Source: Callorhinchus milii
Lineage: Eukaryota
Direction: 5' to 3'
DNA: 64,000 nucleotides
Assembly: GCF_018977255.1 (NCBI RefSeq)
Contig: NW_024704742.1
Coordinates: forward strand, 34,040,001 to 34,104,000
The position numbers and the translations under genes were made by a program. This document shows, piece by piece, positions 53,026 to 64,000 of the stretch. Within the stretch, counting starts at the first letter, position 1. Each line of letters opens with the position of its first letter. A model generated the notes under the pieces. The model was not told the origin of the DNA. It ran no database searches and saw only the letters and a list, made by a program, of their open reading frames with translations.

Positions 53026-53196
53026 GCTGATGTCACTTCCGGTATCCTATGCATGCACACTTTGTGCAAGAAGCGACGTCATTTTCTGCACTCTGTGGAT
53101 GTGTGCTGAGTGCAGAAACTGCCACTGATATCACTTCGCGAAGAATATGATGTTAATGGAACTTCTTACTCACATTGCACAGGAAATGGCATCAGC
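53026..53196. repeat. Nested imperfect palindrome, MITE-like
   Basis: Three nested inverted pairs: 53026-53045/53177-53196, 53070-53081/53126-53137, and 53083-53093/53108-53118 (perfect 11 bp). Confidence 0.65.
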
Positions 53197-55149
53197 AGCT
53201 ACTGTGCTATTATTAATAATAATCTTTATATTTGATACAGCACCTTTCACGTTGGGAAGATCTCATAAAGCACTTCACAGAATAACTTGTAAAGATTAGC
53301 ATCGGTGTATTCTGCAGACAAATGTGGCAGCCAATTTGAGAGTGTTACCGATTGAGCCAGACTGACATAATGGGGTTCCCCTGTACTTTCTTCTCTTTGA
53401 TACTTATAAGTTAATCATTGTCATTTTATATTTTAAAAGGAATTGATACTCAATAAGAACAGTTGACTATATTGTCAAAAGTATGCTTTGCTTTTAACAC
53501 AGCCTTATAATTAATCAGTATATTCATACATTTTAATATTTTGTTTAACAACAATTTCTGTATTGAAGTTCAACATATTCGACCAGGTCTATGGATTTTC
53601 ACTTCTCTGAGTGTTTACCAATCAGTCTGGATACTCGGCAACCACTGTATTACTACAATCCAACTCAGGGATCTGAATGTATACCTAAGCAGAGATTCAT
53701 ATCTGCAAATCTAACTGGCATGTGCTTTATATCAAATTGTACAGAGAAGTATCAGTGGAGTATTTTGAAGTATTGTTGAGCACGTCAGTGTATTAGTGAA
53801 GTATCTGCCCCAGCCATCGAACGATTACGCATTAACCTTTCTTCAACATGCTTCACTAAGACCACAATTATATGCTTCAGCAGAGCAAACATCGATGGCT
53901 AATGATGTCATGGAAATAGCATGACAGACAGTTCAGTATTCAAACGATTAACACTTGAAGGAATGAAGAGTATAAAAGCTTCTAAAAATGTAGAAGAAAT
54001 TGTTCAGAAATATACCGTTACCTTGCCCACTATCATTTATAAACAAAATGCATAGGGCATGAAGCATGTCCTTATTTCAAACGCCCGCTGATCAAAATGG
54101 AAACTGGGCAGTGCAAAGGTATGTGTTTAATCAAGACCAAGTGTTAAGACCAGACACCGAGGTCCATTAAAGCAAGTTAATGCAGACCTTTGAATTGATT
54201 GTTGGCATTACCTCACAGGTCTGTCCATTTCCCCCACCAGCTGTCTGCAGGCTTCCTGGCTTGACAGTAACAGCTCTAATATAGTATATAACAATAAAAG
54301 GTTCAGGATTTCACACAGTAAGCCAAAATCTGCATTGATCATGGATTCTGCCATTGATTTTTTTGCCAATTAAAATAGCTTCTTTACAAATATCTGTACA
54401 CTTGATTCATTTTGAATCCTGCAAGACAAACCATAATGCCAGAATTCTCAACTGGTTTATGTATTTCTGTTTTGGATGTAGTTTTCTCTTTTCCTGTTGA
54501 CTCTGGGAACCACTTTGAAAATGAAGTCCACACATTTTGCACTTCTACAAATGTACAATTTTTCAAATGTCTCTGCGTAACATATATTTTATGTCAGGCT
54601 AAATTAAACATGTGGACACTACCAGTCAAAACAGGAAATCCATGTATATGTGGAAAAAAAAGCACTGCTTTGGTGACAGTGCCTAATTGCCTTGTGATGT
54701 TTAGGACTCTGTGCTGGGAGATCTGCAAATATTTAATTCCAGCTTTGGAAGTTTTTAAACTTACAGTTTATAATCATACTAAAAGCTTATTATCTATGAT
54801 GAGTTACTGGTGATGTATTTCAGATGCAGCCCTTTTCAATTCACTTCATTAACAATCAGTGACTGTTTGCTTTAAATTAAAACATAGAATAATGGATACT
54901 GGAAATGATTATAAGTCAGTAACCCAATCAAGCATATTGGATGACTTTATAAACTATGAGGGTGAGGCACAGGTGGTTTTGAACTGTCAATTGCACCCCA
55001 AGATTGCGTTACTGTCTTAAATTACTGCCAGTATCAGTTGTGTTACATATATTGTATATGCATTTTCATTCATGTGGTCTTGGAGTTCAGTTTCTAAATA
55101 TCTTGTTGGGAGTGCTTTGTATCTCTGGTGTACAATAAAATAATGATAA

Positions 55150-55470
55150 TAATAACAATAATAATCCTTACATTTGATGTAGTGCCTTTACATTGGGAGG
55201 AAATTTCAAAGCACTTCACAGGCTTTATTGAAATTGTAATGACTGTGTATTTTGTAGGCAAATGCGGCAAGCAATTTGCACACAGCAATGCCCAATTGAA
55301 TGAAAAGAAAAGAACAACCAATTTAATCTGGGGGTTTGTAGGCCAGGACACATGGAAAAGATCTCTTTTTGAAATAGTGCCACATAATCTTTAATGTCCA
55401 CTTGAAATGGCAGTGGGGCCTCGGTTTAATGTCTCATGCAAAGGATGGCACTCAAGTGACCACACTGGAG
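55150..55470 (-). mobile_element. DeuSINE-type SINE
   Basis: Tail plus reverse-complement body. Confidence 0.8.
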
Positions 55471-56194
55471 AGAGAACAAAGTTGTGAAATGTTGTTCAAA
55501 ATGTATTAAGCAATAAAAAAAGTATTAAGGGGTATGGCAAAAGGGTGCTGCATTCAGATTTAAAGATCTACCATGATCTAACAACTGGTGAAACAGGCTT
55601 GATAGGTATAATGGCCTCTTGGTGTTGCTCTTTTCCTATAATTGCTATTTAATATGTACAGGATTATCATTAAACATTGCTTAGCATATTTTATCCAGTT
55701 TTTTGTGGGTGTTGTTATAAAACCAGTGGACTGATGATACAGAAGATCTTGGGTTATAGAATATGTCACATCAATTAAATCCAGGCATGGATTTCCAAAA
55801 TGTAATGCTTGTAAATCCAAAACACAGTTTAGATTCATTAGTTCCTTTATTTAAACTTCACACTCACACTCTCTTCCACAACCTGCCCAGTCACTTTCCC
55901 GGAATCCTTTTTAGGCTTGTTTCTTTTCATTGTCCAATTGACAATTAAGTCTTAAAGCAATATGCAACACAAAGCATCATTTCTATTCATAGTTAAATAG
56001 AAATAGATTTCTTAGCAGATTGTCTGTGGGTTTATTGTGATTCAATGGTACTGCTAAGTGCCTTTATATGTTAATATGGCTTTCATATTCTGTATGATTC
56101 AATTTTCAATAATGGAGTGAGTGGTCCAGTTGTTCAGAACTCTGTCCTTTCTATATAGATGTTCAGATGTCTCCATGTATTGTACATATTAAAC

Positions 56195-56390
56195 TGTCAG
56201 TCTGACTCAGTTGGTATAGAACTCTCACCTCTGAGGGATAATATTGTGGGTTCAAGGCCTATGTCAGGATTTTCAACTCATATAGTCTAGGCGATGTGCC
56301 AACACAGCACTGGGGGTGTGCTGAATTGTTGGAGGTGCCATTGTTCAGAGGAGACATTAAAATAAAGTTTCCGTCCACCTACTCAAGTAG
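56195..56390 (+). mobile_element. DeuSINE-type SINE, 5' half
   Basis: tgtcagtctgactcagttggta head, B-box-like gggttcaaggcc, and the start of the central block. Confidence 0.75.
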
Positions 56391-56699
56391 ACATGATTCA
56401 AAGAAGAAATCTGAAATGCATATTGCCATAATTGGCAACACTAGTCACACAGATTGGTTGAGCATCAAGCACTGGAATGTTTTCAATGATACGGCATCCT
56501 GGTAGGACAGCGCCACAGTGTTGTGCCAGAAATGGTAGCCTTGTCCGTAGGTGGAAAAGTTGAAATGCTTATTCTACCCAGGTATATTTCCAGTGAAATG
56601 AAAAAAATCCTATTTTATTAATTATTCCATTCTGCTGTAAGGTGCAGTAGGTTAGTCTAAATTTTATGGTCACCAAAACCAACAAAATAAATGTTCTTG

Positions 56700-57100
56700 A
56701 TTCACCTACAAAGCCCTCCATGGCCTCGCCCCACCCTACCTCTGCGACCTCCTAACCCCCTACCACCCCACCTACTCTCTCCGCTCAGCCGGCTCTGGCC
56801 TGCTCCATGTCCCCTGACCCACCCGCCGCACCAATGGCGCGAGAGCCTTCAGCCACTCTGCCCCCAACCTCTGGAATTCCATCCCGCAATCACTCCGCCT
56901 CGCCCCCTCCTTAGCATCCTTCAATTCCCGTCTCAAAACCCTCCTCTTTGACCATGCTATCAGCCACACCCCCTTCCCCTTTCCTTCCTTCTCCCCTGCT
57001 AACCCTAACTCAGGTCTGAAATGCTGTACACTGTCCAGCGCCTTGGGACGTCCTCCCAACGTGAAAGGCGCTATACAAATGTAATCTTGGTGTTGTTGTT
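56700..57100 (+). mobile_element. Young L2 3' fragment (second subfamily)
   Basis: Reads TYKALHGLAPPYLCDLL...RAFSHSAPNLWNSIP...FNSRLKTLLF. CpG-rich, with a (GTT)n tail. Confidence 0.92.
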
Positions 57101-57529
57101 GATTGATTTATGCAACAGGTTGGCCACCGCTGGTCTAGTTCAAAATTGTAAAATGTATAACAAAGAAAGAAGGAATTGTTATAAAGCTATGTTGCAAGAT
57201 TTATCTGTGAATGCTGCAGCCTTTGAAAGGTTCATCTCTTGGAGAGGAATTGAAGCAGAGTTGCAAATCATGTCCAATTCCATGGAAATAATTCCTACAC
57301 TCTAGCTGTTAACAATATTACACTAGGGGTTCTAATAAAAAGGCTCTTTTGATCCAATTACTTATTATCATTACAGAATATATGCTTTAGCTTCCACCCA
57401 TATGCTTGCCAAGCTCAGTTGATAGCACTCTGAGTCAAAAGATTATAGGTACAAGCCCTGTGTCAGGACCTGAACTTGTATAATCTTACAGGGTGGTCAA
57501 CCGTTTGGCTGCTGTGGACCAGATGCCCT

Positions 57530-57910
57530 ATTTGAGAAATGTTCAAGCCTCCAATGTCAAGGCCTATACAATTTCTTCTTGTAACTCTTTACAGCTACTG
57601 ATTATTGTCTGGATAAAGAAATGCTTCCTGGAGTCTGGCCTACCATTTGTCCTTCACAACCATGAATGTGTAGCCCCTTATCCTGCTTCTGCAGAGTATG
57701 CAAAAGTATTGCTTTAAGTTTACTTTCTCTATCTACTTAGTGTAAGATCCCCTCTGAGACATGTATTTTCAAGACTGAAGAAGTGCTATCTAATCAAATT
57801 GTTCCTGATAATACATCTTTATAACACTACATACCAGACTTGCTGTTCTCCTTTGCACTGCCTCTAGGGCCTGAGGGACCCCCTCATGTTGTGGCAACCA
57901 GAACTTTCTG
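57530..57910 (-). mobile_element. CR1 ORF2 C-terminal remnant
   Basis: Minus strand reads ALEAVQRR and FSLENTCLRGDL. Confidence 0.7.
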
Positions 57911-59231
57911 CTATTCCTTACCGTGTTCCTTTTGTTAAAGAAATAGGTCAAATAACTTAATTTCTTGCTAATTAAAGATATATCTTTCCTTACCATGCTG
58001 CTCCCAGCCTCCAATTTCCTACAGATAGTTTCTCTTGGCTCCTCGTGTGAAAAAATAACAGAAAACTAATGTTTCCTGGTGAAGGCTAGAAACCTGACTG
58101 TAACCCCATATCTGAAATTTTAACTTCAAATATCACATATAGTAAGTGACTGAGATATAATACAAATTGCAGTGTGACTGAGATATAATGTATATTTTAT
58201 TGGCTGACCTTCAACTGTCACAGCTGCCTATTTTGTGATTCCCAACAGTCACAGATGTGACATTCCATTCTATGACAAAACTAATTTCCTGTTAAATCTG
58301 GATAGTTCGTTTGCAGCAATTTTAATGTTGAATTTCTTACTGCTTTGCTCTCACTCTAAGAATTCTGACTGCTAGGATTGCTTGAGCGTATCGGTGTCAC
58401 AGCATTGCTGAGTTTTCGGAAGAATATAGACTATGTGAGAGAGCAGAAGGGTTGGGGAACAAAATTCAACAGTATATTATTGGCCCCTACCAAAAATCCT
58501 ACATATAGACAAATATAATAATGAGATGGTTTTGCAACCTCCTGTGAAGTGTTTATATTCTCCCTCCCTATTTCCCAAATCCTGTCTCTTCCTCTAGTTT
58601 ATACTGGAATACCAAAGGTCTAGATTAATTGAATCAGACTTATGAATCAATTTTTATTATGTGTAGAAAGAAAATTAAGGATTTGCTATATTTGAAAAAA
58701 AAGACAAAAGTTCAGAGGATGAGGATAAATTTAATTAGGATTTAAGCATCCATGACTGGTTGTTTAATTAATTAGCCTCTGTCTTTCTCATTGCTTTCTA
58801 TGCCTAATAATACTCAGAACCCTCTTTCCCTTGCACCCTTTGCTTTCCTCAGTCAGTCTTTTTCCTTCCCTCCGCACGAGGGATATAGTTGGGATTATGC
58901 AAGAGAGTAGAGAGACAGGGAGAGTGAATCTTTATAATATGGTAATGCTTGCCCCCCTCCCTCTATGGATGGATCCGGCTTTTGGCTTCAACCAGCTTAG
59001 TGATAGATTGAATCTGCTGAACAGTGTTGTTCTCACACACTCATCATTAGACAGCTGTTATAGTTAAAGGCTCTTTCTTTATGATTGATGGGTGTGGAAA
59101 TTGGGTAGTTTAATAACCTTTCGCTAGTTAATTAGTAGAGAAGAATGTGATTTTGGCAAGTCAGAACAGCTGACTCGTGTTAAGGTGGAAGAGGAAGGAA
59201 AATGTGGTTCCAGCTTGCATTAAGTCAAAAT

Positions 59232-59652
59232 TGAGTCAACCTGCCGCAGATGGTATCACCCTCGAGTTAGAAATTTGTGGGTACAAGCCACACTGGAACT
59301 TGAACTCACATAGTCTAAGTTGACATTCCAATACAGTGCTGGAACTGTGTTGCATTGTTGGATATGACTTATTTTGGATGAGATGTTACACCAAGTGCCT
59401 GTTCAGGTGGATGTTAAAGATCCCATGGCACTATTCGTAAAGAGAAGGGAGTTTCTCCTGGGTCGTGATCAACAATCTCCCAAATAAACTTGGTCATTCA
59501 TTTCATGGCAGTTTGTTGGACATTGCTGTGTGCAATTGGGCTACCACTTTTACTTACAATATACACATCTCCTGAACCTCATAGTAAATCCTGTGAAGCG
59601 TTTGGGTATCCTCTCAATGTGAAAGCTGCTGTACCAAATGTAAGGATTATTT
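59232..59652 (+). mobile_element. DeuSINE-type SINE, near full length
   Basis: Decayed head, central block, and tail caaatgtaaggattattt. Confidence 0.85.
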
Positions 59653-59689
59653 ATGAAAAGAATTGGAAAAAATGAATCCATCCCGGTAA

Positions 59690-60030
59690 ATAATAGTAAC
59701 AAGCCTTGCATTTGATATGGGAGTTTTCACACTAAGAGGATATCTCAAAGTGTTACAATAGTTTTATTCTAAACTACTAATTTGTACATGACAATGTCTT
59801 ACAAGCAGTCATGAATTGAGTAATCAATTTATTCTGGGGGATTGTTGACCAGTACACAGCAGACATACCCTTCTCTTTTCAAATCGTGTCAGGGGATCTT
59901 TACTGTCCACCAAAATAGGCAGACAGGACATTGGCTCAATGTCTCATGTGAAGATTGGCATCTCCAACAATACACTGGACTGCCCTGGCGTGTCAGCCCA
60001 GAGGTTGAGTTCAAAGTCCCGAGGTCGTGA
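59690..60030 (-). mobile_element. DeuSINE-type SINE, inverted relative to the adjacent copy
   Basis: Tail at ~59690 followed by the reverse-complement body. Confidence 0.8.
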
Positions 60031-61589
60031 GTACATGAAGCCCATGGCTATGATATTCAACTAAATTAAACAGACCAGGTGGGAACCCTAAAGGATTTAG
60101 GAGCAGAGATAAAAATAGTCAATGATCTGGAAAGTGGGATTAAGAAGGGCAATTTAGAAAAACTGAGCTCTAGTACATACACATGTTGGCCTCCTTCTGT
60201 GCTGAAAATGTCTATAAATATATCTGTGTATCTGTTTTTCTATGAAAGTTGTATATAAGAATTGCATTTACGAACAGTCAAATGATTTGTCTCACTTGCA
60301 TTGAGAGGACCTGTGAGTTGAGAGCAGACAGGATTGTGTGAACATCTGCAGCTAGTTATAGCAAGGATAAACTTGTGACACTGTTTTGGAAAACAGAATC
60401 AAAGATACATTAGGCCTTTCCTAAACCATATAACCACATCAGTTAGCAAGTAACCAGTCACCTCCATCATAATGGTTTTATTTTAATACATTACTTAGGC
60501 ATTTAGTTTGTTTTTTTGCCAGCAACCCTGTTTTGCTTTCCATTGTGAAGCACTGATATAAGGCTAAATGTGTTGCTGGATACTTTATAAGCAGCTGACT
60601 GGCTGTGCTTTTGATGTAAATTCTAACTGATGACATATCTTAGCTGACAGTAGCCTACCTTATTTCACGGTGTTATCAGTTAGTATGTAAAATGAAAGCC
60701 TAAACAGTGACAGCCGCACTTTTCACCTCTTTGTTATCATTAGTTACAGAAATACTGCAAAGCTGTGAGAATCGAGGTCTGGCTTTTGTGAAACTTGCTG
60801 CTGTGGAGATTTGATACATTTCCAACAAACTCCCCTTCCCCAAAACAACTCAAGATTGTGGGAGGATGGGGGAGGGAGGGGGGAGGTACTGAAAAGATAT
60901 TCTGTAAGCCACAAAAGACCTTTCAGTTGTAAACGAAAATTAAATGGCAACACTCCTGAATCCCCTCATGTTAATACATCTCCTGCTCCATATGGTGTGT
61001 AGTTGCAACGATAAAGTGCTGGACGCCAGTTCGGAGCATCTGAGCTTTGAACTTGACCCTGCAGTTGTTGATTTTTCTTACATAACTGTTATTTTTAAAA
61101 AGAGCACATGGAATTAGAGAATTTCATTCTGGAGAGAGGAGAGGGATGGACATTCATGTATTTTGAGAAGCCTAAGAATAGCACTGCCAAGGCTGAAAAC
61201 AGGGTGAGAATGGATCAGATGAATCAAGATTTAAGGATTGGGTTTTAAAAGCTATCAGTTGTCGCAGGAGGAAATGACTGAAGGAGATAAGAAGTTGCAG
61301 AGACTTGAGGTTCTAGGAAAGAATGGGTTAGAATAGAGATAGTCTGACCAGTAGGGGATGGTCCACTAAATGAAGGAAACAGGAGCAATCCAGAGTGCTC
61401 AGTGTGGAGAGTCATCAAAGAAAAAAAATAGTCAATGGCAGTACTGGAAGAAAAGGATCTGGATGATGTTTCCGTAATTTTTTTGTGTCTTAGTGTCCGG
61501 TAGTCTCAAAATCAGACAGCCTGGACCATTACACTGTCCAGTCAATCTGAAGACATTTGCAGAATGAGACTATGAGCCCAGCTTAATAA

Positions 61590-62410
61590 GTATTAAGGTG
61601 ATAATCACATGTGGAAATTGTCTGAGCATGTAAACACCAACAGGAAATGGAAACACAAACATGGCATCTATGAAAGGGAGGGCATGGTGAGGGAGGAGGA
61701 AAAGCCTCAATGTCTGGCCCCAGCTGAGACCTTTATTGGAGTTCTGTTGGACTCTGTTTGGGGGCACTGGCAACAATGCCCAGCACTGACAAGGAAAAGG
61801 TGAGCTTTTGAAGAACTGAAAGCAGATGCCAAAGTAATATCAACCCAACACAATGTTATAATCATAACCAAATTCACATTGACATAGTAATTATAGGCCC
61901 TCCTAGAAATGGGGGGAACCATGCAATAGCCATGCCGAAACTTTCCAACATGCAGGCTCTATTCATAAATGAAGATCAAGCACAATAGGAGCATGGAGGA
62001 GATAGATCAGCCCACGATTTGATGATGACAGGGACTATAATATAGCCTCTAATGGTGGGATAAGAAAGAGGAACAGCTGGAGCTTGGAATGAGCCAGGCA
62101 ACAGCAAGTAATCTGTTAATGAACAACATGCACTTGTAACTGGTTCAATGCATGGCTGCTTTTGCTCCAAATGAATTAATTTAACAGCCAATATCTGCTT
62201 TTTGTACCCTTGTGCTTCTCTTGTTTATTTGTTGCAGTTTCCTTGTTGTCCCCTCCACTTTTGCGTTTGGTAAGTGGCAGCACGAAAAATCTCAGTGAGA
62301 TATTGGAACTGAATGTTACCCCTAAATGAGGAGGAAGAGGAATGATGAGAAAGAGAGTGCAAGGGGAAGAGAGGCCTGGTGGTATCCTCCTGCCACCTAT
62401 ACAGTACATA
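61590..62410 (-). mobile_element. Possible very old L2 ORF2 remnants
   Basis: Minus strand has faint endonuclease-like (VLYR..., LLI.G..N-like, ~62300-62410) and RT-like (VSAG..., NFHM, ~61600-61735) traces in the right order. Confidence 0.35.
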
Positions 62411-62825
62411 GTTTGGGACATGTCATGTGCATGTGACTGCCAGGATGGTGGAAGACAAACTGGATGGACTTTGGTCTTCTTTTGTCCAGCAATTCGTATG
62501 TTCTGATGTACACTCAGAAGTCAGCCCCTAACAGTCTAATGCAGCAACTAGACCTACTACTGCAATCACGTCTCAGATTAAGGCACTGTAAAGGCAGTGT
62601 AGATGATAATGGGTCAGAATGTGGTGGAGCACAAGCAATGCACCCTCTGAAGAAGGATGTAGTGAGATGCTTGTTCTTGGGATGAGTGGACGTGTGAGGG
62701 GTTGAGGCCATTTACTTCCTCCTCCTCTAAAACAGGCAATAGCATCTAACAGTAATTTTCCATATGAAACTAACACATTTGTGTTCCTTTTTTCCGGATT
62801 ATAAAAAACATCTGAATTTGCATGT

Positions 62826-62982
62826 AATAACAACAATTTGCACTTATATAGCGCCCTCCACGCAGGGTAGGGTCTCAGAGCGCAGTAGGGTAGGGTCTCA
62901 CTCCGAGCCAGGTGGGTCGGGGGGGGGGGGCGGGGAATTGGCCGTAAGCACAGTCGAAGAGAAAGGTTTTAAGGCAGGACGT
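62826..62982 (-). mobile_element. L2 3' end fragment
   Basis: Close match to 17215-17362 (gcacttatatagcgccctccacgcagggtag...gcacagtcgaagagaaa). Confidence 0.85.
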
Positions 62983-64000
62983 TAATATTTAATGCACAAT
63001 TTCAACCCCATGATCATCTGAATGAGACCATTGTTTCCTTCTCTTTTGAAAATGTCCATGTTTCTAGTTGAATTCAACACAGTGAAATGTCTCATAGCAT
63101 GGTTTGCTGCCAACGTAAAATGAACAGGGGAGAGAAGTTCAGAGAAGCAATATAGCATCAATAAAATAGAAAATGGTAAGAAAAGGTCATGAGGAAGTGG
63201 GAGAGGGTGGTGGGGGGAACACTGTTGAAGGCGAGTGATGAGAGAAGCATCATCTCCCAAACGAGTGCAAGTGAAGTGCTGAAAGAGGCTTCCCAGTTAT
63301 GGAAGAACAGAGAAAAGCTAATAACTCGGTCGTGCCTCATAAAATCTTATTTGTTGGTTGTCAAACCCTATATTTTCAACAGTACCTATGGTTAACTTCC
63401 ACCCTCTCCTACACTTATTCCTTCCTTCCACCTTTAAGTTTGGGGGCCCAGTCAGCTATGTAAAGCACTTTGAGATGTCCTGCTGATATGAAAGATGCTA
63501 TATGTAAATTATTATGATTATCAATTACAGATTGACAATTGCTGAGGAGAAGAAGATTGTTGGCTTGGACACTAGGAGGAACTACCTTCTCTTTTGAAAC
63601 AGAGTTGTGGGATCTTGCTGTAGAATCAATCAGAACCTTGGTTTTAATGCCTCATCTGAAGGACCAAAACCCCACACTCTGGCCCATCCTTGGTTTCTAG
63701 CTGACACAGTAGGTGTGGAGGTGAGTGGAAGCAGTGGGAACCTAGTGCTTGTAAAATATACATTAATAAAATCAATACCTTGCTCTGATCAATCACTTAA
63801 TTGTATTTCCACTAAGACCATCACACTGCATAACAAATGTGAGATGATTGCTTTGATACTTGGAGCTAACGGGCATTACCTATAATAGCCTTAAAATGAT
63901 ATTGTGCAAGAATACAACTTATGAAAGTGTTTGGAGAAAGCATACTTCATCATTAACCATTTAAGTGATATCCTGCATGATTCGAAACTTCAAGCTCTGA

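Noticed and set aside
34781..58190. Short local tandem duplications (gagtgacaggatc x2 at ~34781, agttcaggcatt x2 at ~49671, gtgactgagatataat x2 at ~58146)
   Set aside because: Ordinary two-copy slippage duplications, not arrays.
44635..60656. Exact 15-mer agctgacagtagcct shared by two unique regions
   Set aside because: A few 15-mer matches are expected by chance in 64 kb.
1..64000. CRISPR array, prokaryotic operon or intact autonomous transposon
   Set aside because: The sequence is vertebrate and non-coding. There are no regularly spaced repeats with unique spacers and no long intact ORF.

Overview
This is repeat-rich, AT-rich non-coding vertebrate DNA, either intergenic or part of a very large intron. 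I recognise no host protein-coding exon, and the ORF track is explained by chance ORFs and retroelement remnants. The repeat repertoire points to a cartilaginous fish, probably a holocephalan such as a chimaera or elephant shark (inference from recalled consensus sequences, not a search). The window holds a young tRNA-Ala(TGC)-headed SINE with (ATT)n tails in long and short forms, many older DeuSINE-type (SacSINE1/AmnSINE1-like) copies, L2 LINE fragments with (GTT)n tails (one retains GVPQGS and YADD), and decayed CR1 ORF2 fragments. It also holds a Penelope-type palindrome with a decayed hammerhead core, an unclassified four-copy repeat, and several repeat-free islands that look like conserved enhancers. 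The most unusual observations are the mosaic CORE-like plus Deu-like SINE, the hammerhead-bearing palindrome, and a 75-bp inverted repeat whose arms differ mostly at every third base. Boundaries of old repeats are approximate. I found no convincing novel multi-gene system.
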